From Clostridia bacterium (lineage in GTDB: Bacteria; Bacillota; Clostridia; Christensenellales; CAG-138), in NCBI GenBank assembly GCA_036654235.1, contig JAVVSK010000004.1, positions 21,259 through 85,258 on the forward strand: DNA of 64,000 nt, in the 5' to 3' direction. The notes under the pieces are model-generated. The model was given only the letters and a program-made list of their open reading frames with translations, was not told the origin of the DNA and ran no database searches. Of this stretch, positions 58,940 to 64,000 are shown in pieces (positions within the stretch are counted from its first letter, which is position 1; every line of letters starts with the position of its first letter). Both the position numbers and the translations under genes were made by a program.

Positions 58940-59647
58940 CTATCCCTCAATGCGCAAATTTACGATCCTATCTTCAACACCCGCTTTTAGAACTGCATTC
59001 AGCGCGGAATCAAAACGCCCAACGTCCGACGCAATATGCGCATCGCTCCCTATTATAAAGTTCGCGCCCGCCATAGCTGCTTTTTTAAGCATATCGGGAT
59101 CACATGGATGATGATTATTGATTTCAAGTAAAATATTATTTTCCGCGCAAAACAACGCGAGTTTTTCTATATCAACCGATATATAAAGTGATGGGTGCGA
59201 TATTATATCAATTTTGTTTTTCATAATAACATTGCAATATTCTTTTGTATTCAGCGCAGTATTTTTTACATGAAAAAACGATTCAAACAGGGCGCTCAGC
59301 GTAAAGCGATTTTTGACGAGTACACCTTTATGATAACCCATTATACGTACATCCAGCTTATCTTTAAGTTTTGGGATATCCGTCTTCCCTTTCCCAAGCA
59401 TATTTAACTCAACACCCATTAGAATATTTATTTTATAGATTTCTCTAAGCTCTTCTATTTCGTTATAGAGCTTTAAAAAATCGTCGTCCGAAAGTCCGTA
59501 AAAAAGGTTTCCACCAGCATGTTCGCTTATAGCAATCGTCATCAGACCCGCATCTACGGCGCTCTTTACGATATCACGCGGCGAAGATTTTCCGTGACTA
59601 TAGACGGTATGCGTATGCAAATCAGCTATTAAACGATAATTATTCAT
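58940..59647 (-). CDS. PHP-domain phosphatase/hydrolase
   Basis: DLHTHTVYSHG, AISEH, GVELN, IISHP, LEINN, GSDAH. Confidence 0.9.
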   Translation of the reverse strand: MNNYRLIADLHTHTVYSHGKSSPRDIVKSAVDAGLMTIAISEHAGGNLFYGLSDDDFLKLYNEIEELREIYKINILMGVELNMLGKGKTDIPKLKDKLDVRIMGYHKGVLVKNRFTLSALFESFFHVKNTALNTKEYCNVIMKNKIDIISHPSLYISVDIEKLALFCAENNILLEINNHHPCDPDMLKKAAMAGANFIIGSDAHIASDVGRFDSALNAVLKAGVEDRIVNLRIEG

Positions 59648-59949
59648 TGTTTTTTTTATTTTTTAAGCGGCATACCGCATAAATTTTAAAATTCATATAT
59701 ACCCCCCCATTTTATATTGGCACAAAAGTTCGTGACTAATACCGTTAAAAAAGTTGTCTAAGATACGCTTTAGGCAGATCCCAAAGTCATTTTATCAGAA
59801 GAAAAAAATTTTTCAAGGGTAAAATCCTAAAATTCAAATTTTGTTTTCATAGTACGATTTGCCTTTCTTATTTGAAAGACGTTATAATAAGGAGGGACTA
59901 AAAGCACCGTTTAAATTGGTGCTCGTAATAATATGACAAAAACGGGGGA

Positions 59950-60684
59950 TTGATTTTGAAGCGGTTTCTATCTTACTTTATTGCGATTGCCGCAGCATTT
60001 ATGTTTTTTTATACTATACTCTTTAGCTTTATTCAGTTTTCGGCCAATGACTCAGCATGGTTTGAAGCCGAATACTATAAGCTTGATACTTCGCGCCAAA
60101 TAGGTATGAGTAATACCGATATAAATAAGGCTATGAAAGCGCTTATCGACTATATGGAAGGGCGTACAAACGATCTTGAAAAAGTAAAAGTAAAAATCAA
60201 CGGCGACTCCGTAAGGATGTATAATAATAAAGATATAGACCACATGAAGGACGTTAAGGTTCTTTATCAAAATTGCCGAATGTTCAGAAATATAGCGGCC
60301 GTCTCCTTGATAGTTCTACTCGTCGCTGTTTTTCTTACTATGAAAAGGGATGCCCTTATTATACTCTCAAAGAGCTTCATTTGGGCTTTTTCTGCTATGG
60401 CCGTTATATTGGGCGCGATATTGATTTTCGCCGCCATAGATTTCGATGCTTTTTGGACCTTTTTCCATACTCTCGTATTTGATAACGAGCTTTGGTTAAT
60501 AGACCCGTCCAAAAGCTATCTGATTTGGATTTGTCCTTCAACCTTGTTTTATGATATTATTACTCGATTTTTGATTTACTCTGGAATCGTGTTCGTTGCA
60601 TTTCTTGGTGGCGCGATAACCTATCTCGCCGTTAGAAGACATAATCATAATACGCCGGTGTTGCGAAAAAAAGGTGAAAAATGA
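59950..60684 (+). CDS. TIGR01906/DUF1461-type integral membrane protein
   Basis: HMKDVKVL, FDAFWTFFHTLVFDNELW..DP..S.LI...P..LF. Confidence 0.8.
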   Translation: MILKRFLSYFIAIAAAFMFFYTILFSFIQFSANDSAWFEAEYYKLDTSRQIGMSNTDINKAMKALIDYMEGRTNDLEKVKVKINGDSVRMYNNKDIDHMKDVKVLYQNCRMFRNIAAVSLIVLLVAVFLTMKRDALIILSKSFIWAFSAMAVILGAILIFAAIDFDAFWTFFHTLVFDNELWLIDPSKSYLIWICPSTLFYDIITRFLIYSGIVFVAFLGGAITYLAVRRHNHNTPVLRKKGEK

Positions 60685-61748
60685 TGCGATATGATACTGT
60701 TTCCGATAATGGACTAAACCAATTTAGAGATAAAAACGCGCCAATAACATTATCCATCGAAACCTCCTGCGATGAAACCGCGGCGGCGGTGCTTCGCGGT
60801 GGTCGTGAAGTTATCTCAACAAGCGTTTTTACGCAAATTCCTATGCATAGAGAGTTTGGCGGCGTAGTTCCCGAACTCGCTTCGCGTAGCCACGTTTTAA
60901 AGATACGAAGTGTTGTTGAAGACGCGCTTTTATCTGCCAAGATGACGTTTTCCGATATAGACGGCATAGCCGTAACGAACGGACCCGGGCTTTTAGGTGC
61001 GCTTCTTGTAGGGCTTAGCTATGCTAAGTCTCTAGCCTATGCACTTTCGATTCCCTATGTCGGTGTAAACCATATTGCCGGGCATATAGCGTCAAATTAT
61101 CTCTCATATCCCGACTTAAAACCGCCTTTTATCTGTCTCGTCGCTTCCGGAGGTCATAGTCACGTTCTCGAGGTAAAGGGATATAATTCTTTTTCCGTAT
61201 TGGGACAAACCCGTGACGACGCGGCGGGGGAAGCTTTCGATAAAGTAGCCAGAATTTTAGGTCTTCCCTACCCCGGCGGACCTGAGCTTGAAAAGCTGGC
61301 TAAAATCGGAGATAAAAACGCATATGAATTTAAATCCACTTTTAATAATCAGCAAACTCCGGATTTTTCATTTTCGGGTATAAAGACCGCCGTTATAAAT
61401 ACGCTTCATACGGAGGACGCGAAAAAAATAAAGGTTAAAAACGAAGATATAGCAGCAGCGTTTCAATATTCAGTTGTACAGACTCTTGCAAATAAGACCG
61501 TCTTAGCTGCGCAAAGGGCACATTCTAAAATCGTTGCTCTAGCCGGCGGCGTATCCGCAAACAATTCGCTTCGTGAAACCATGGCTGAACTTTGTGAAAA
61601 AAACGGTATGACATTTTATTGTCCTACCCTAAAATATTGTACGGATAACGGCGCTATGATAGGCTGCGCCGGGTATTATCTTTTAAAAGATGGAATAAAT
61701 AGCAGCCTTTCCCTCAATGCACAGCCGAATTTAGCTTTGCACGAATAA
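60681..61748 (+). CDS. tsaD: tRNA N6-adenosine threonylcarbamoyltransferase
   Basis: IETSCDET, GGVVPELASRSH, NHIAGH, DDAAGEAFDKVAR, FSFSG, TDNGAMI. Confidence 0.97.
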   Translation: MMRYDTVSDNGLNQFRDKNAPITLSIETSCDETAAAVLRGGREVISTSVFTQIPMHREFGGVVPELASRSHVLKIRSVVEDALLSAKMTFSDIDGIAVTNGPGLLGALLVGLSYAKSLAYALSIPYVGVNHIAGHIASNYLSYPDLKPPFICLVASGGHSHVLEVKGYNSFSVLGQTRDDAAGEAFDKVARILGLPYPGGPELEKLAKIGDKNAYEFKSTFNNQQTPDFSFSGIKTAVINTLHTEDAKKIKVKNEDIAAAFQYSVVQTLANKTVLAAQRAHSKIVALAGGVSANNSLRETMAELCEKNGMTFYCPTLKYCTDNGAMIGCAGYYLLKDGINSSLSLNAQPNLALHE

Positions 61749-61846
61749 AATCCCTACGAATATTAAACATATATCTCGCAATGACTTGAAAAAACGGATA
61801 ATACGTGTTATAATTCCGGATGCAATTGCAATTTGGAGGTAAGTAC

Positions 61847-62101
61847 ATGGAAATCGTAAGCTTAATACTCAGCATAATTTTGGTTCTGTGCGCTGTTTTG
61901 CTAATAACCGTCGTTTTGGTTCAAAAAAGCAAGAGTGGCGGTCTCGGCGGCGCGTTTGGCGGCGATACTCAAAGCTTTACTCCGCGCGGAAAAGCGGCAA
62001 GCAAAGAAGCAAAACTTCAAAAATTGACCATTACAACAGCTATTATTATCGGTGTTTTGGCAATAGCGCTTATGATAATAAATCAATTTGTCGTGGCGTA
62101 A
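61847..62101 (+). CDS. secG: Preprotein translocase subunit SecG
   Basis: TM-VLVQKSKSGGLGGAFGG-TM; GGAGG RBS. Confidence 0.88.
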   Translation: MEIVSLILSIILVLCAVLLITVVLVQKSKSGGLGGAFGGDTQSFTPRGKAASKEAKLQKLTITTAIIIGVLAIALMIINQFVVA

Positions 62102-62299
62102 AAAAGAGAAAGCGTAGACGTTTAGTCGAGGTGAAAGTCCCAATAGGGGCTTTTTTCTTATTTGGATTTTTTTGAGTTACATATAAAAAACAAATTGCTC
62201 AAACGGTTTTCTTCTTATCTTTTTCTCTCAACCAGCGTTTACATAAATCAACAATATGTGATACACTAAAAAAATGCTAAAAAAGGAGTCTTAATATAT

Positions 62300-63661
62300 A
62301 TGGAAGTAATAAATAAAGCACCTATGGAAAATAAAATGGGAACAAAGCCCGTTGCCGGTCTATTGATCAAAATGAGTCTTCCCATAATGCTTTCGATGTT
62401 CGTAATGGCGCTCTACAACATAGTCGACAGTATATTTGTCGCGCAAGTCAGCTCTGAAGCTCTTACGGGAGTTTCCCTCGCTTTTCCGTTCCAGATGATA
62501 CTGATTGGAGTCGGTGTCGGAACGGGTATAGGTGTAAATTCGCTAATATCTCGTAGCTTAGGAGAAAAAAATCAGCTTCGCGCAAATAATACGGCGAGCA
62601 TAGGCATAATTTTAGCCCTACTCTCGGGGTTGCTTTTTTCATTGCTTTACTTTTTTCTCTCTGAACCGCTTATGCGAATTTTCATAAGCGACGATTTAAT
62701 CCTACCTCAAGCTACTTCATATCTTAGAATATGCGGAACTTTTTGTACCTTCTCCATGATCGGAATAATGATGGAAAAGATAATACAGGGAACGGGAAGC
62801 ATGATTCCCCCGATGGTAATTCAGCTTGCCGGCGCAGTAACGAACATAATTCTTGATCCGATTTTAATATTTGGATACTTTGGAATAACGCCCATGGGCG
62901 TAGATGGCGCAGCTATTGCGACGGTTATCGGTCAGGGATTTAGTATGCTCGTAGCGATACTTTTTTTAAGAAAAGATAAACAAATTTCAATAGGCTTCAG
63001 GGGCTTAAAAATTGATTGGTCTATTATAAAAGGAATATACAGCGTTGCAATGGCTTCCATCGTTATGCAGTGCATAGGTTCTTTTACGACTTTTGCTCTT
63101 AACGCTATACTAATGGTCTTTACTCCGGTCGCGGTCAATGTTTTAGGAATATATTTTAAGATTCAATCATTTGTGTTTATGCCCATTTTTGGTTTAAACT
63201 CAGGCGCACTGCCCATAATGGCTTATAATTACGGCGCAAAAAACAAAAAACGTTTTAAAGATACTCTGAAATATGGAATTATAATCGCCGTTTCAATAAT
63301 GATTGTTGGCGTATTGGTTTTTCAGTTTTTCCCGGGAACTCTCCTCTCCCTATTTAACGCAGATAAAGTTATGTTGGATATGGGAACGCGCGCGCTCAGG
63401 ATTATAAGCATATGTTTCCCCTTTGCCGCCGTCGGCATAATGCTCGTAACTATGTTTAACGCTCTCGGAAAGGGAATTTACAGTCTCATAGTCAGCGCAG
63501 CGCGTCAACTTCTCGTTATCGTTCCCGCGGCGTTAATTTTAGCGAATACCGTTGGGCTTGACGGAGTATGGTTTGCATATCCAATAGCAGAAATCGTCGG
63601 AATGGTTCTAAGTGCAATTTTCTTTAAGATTACTTATAAAAAGTATATTGCAAACATGTAG
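62300..63661 (+). CDS. MATE-family efflux transporter
   Basis: ALYNIVDSIFV, NIILDPILIFG, MGVDGAAIATVIGQ, AYNYGA. Confidence 0.93.
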   Translation: MEVINKAPMENKMGTKPVAGLLIKMSLPIMLSMFVMALYNIVDSIFVAQVSSEALTGVSLAFPFQMILIGVGVGTGIGVNSLISRSLGEKNQLRANNTASIGIILALLSGLLFSLLYFFLSEPLMRIFISDDLILPQATSYLRICGTFCTFSMIGIMMEKIIQGTGSMIPPMVIQLAGAVTNIILDPILIFGYFGITPMGVDGAAIATVIGQGFSMLVAILFLRKDKQISIGFRGLKIDWSIIKGIYSVAMASIVMQCIGSFTTFALNAILMVFTPVAVNVLGIYFKIQSFVFMPIFGLNSGALPIMAYNYGAKNKKRFKDTLKYGIIIAVSIMIVGVLVFQFFPGTLLSLFNADKVMLDMGTRALRIISICFPFAAVGIMLVTMFNALGKGIYSLIVSAARQLLVIVPAALILANTVGLDGVWFAYPIAEIVGMVLSAIFFKITYKKYIANM

Positions 63662-63749
63662 CGCGCGTTTTTCAGCTTCATTTGGGCACTTCACAAAAAT
63701 ATTTTTTTATGATATGATGCATTGATGACAAAAAACAGGAGGTTTTAGA

Positions 63750-64000
63750 GTGAAGCTTCTTTCAAAAATATTGCTCGTTGTGCTTCTCGTCGGCGTTTTG
63801 GTTACGACGATAATATTATTAGGCAACCTAGGCGGTGGAAAAGTTACCAATGCCGGTTCAGTTGTTTTAAATGAGGTTATGACTTCAAATAAGGGTTCGG
63901 TTATAGACCCGCATGGCGGGTTTCCCGACTGGCTTGAGCTTTATAACGACAGCGATAAAGATGCGGATATATCCGGCTTTGGACTTGGCGACAGCTTAAC
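63750..64000 (+). CDS. Lamin-tail-domain protein, 5' end (partial at window edge)
   Basis: GTG after AGGAGG; TM then VVLNEVMTSN...DWLELYN...DISGFGLGD, the LTD signature. Confidence 0.8.
   Translation, partial: MKLLSKILLVVLLVGVLVTTIILLGNLGGGKVTNAGSVVLNEVMTSNKGSVIDPHGGFPDWLELYNDSDKDADISGFGLGDSL

Overview
Chromosomal window of a low-GC, endospore-forming Firmicute. It is Clostridia-like: spoIIAA-spoIIAB-sigF, alpha/beta SASPs, asp23-amaP-DUF2273-nusB, ireB-ruvX-DUF1292, rplU-prp-rpmA. Most genes are housekeeping (polA, coaE, lspA, tdh/kbl, dnaE, whiA, rapZ, murB, ychF, secA, prfB, rnhA, trmL, tsaD, secG). I saw no rRNA, tRNA, CRISPR array, transposase or integrase. Most interesting signals: (i) two large secreted non-CAZyme proteins 11 kb apart that end in closely similar dockerins, one a HEXXH metallopeptidase, suggesting a cohesin-dockerin complex devoted to something other than cellulose; (ii) a proteasome-beta/Ntn-fold gene with N-terminal Ser directly upstream of that peptidase; (iii) a prfB frameshift site reading CTT-TAA-C instead of CTT-TGA-C; (iv) an ACP-like protein whose phosphopantetheine Ser is Cys, in an operon with DegV; (v) a D,D-carboxypeptidase homolog with all three catalytic motifs altered; (vi) a Spo0A-like paralog with a perfect 0A box at its promoter; (vii) several unexplained multi-hairpin intergenic elements. 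All calls come from reading motifs by eye; no database searches or folding computations were run.
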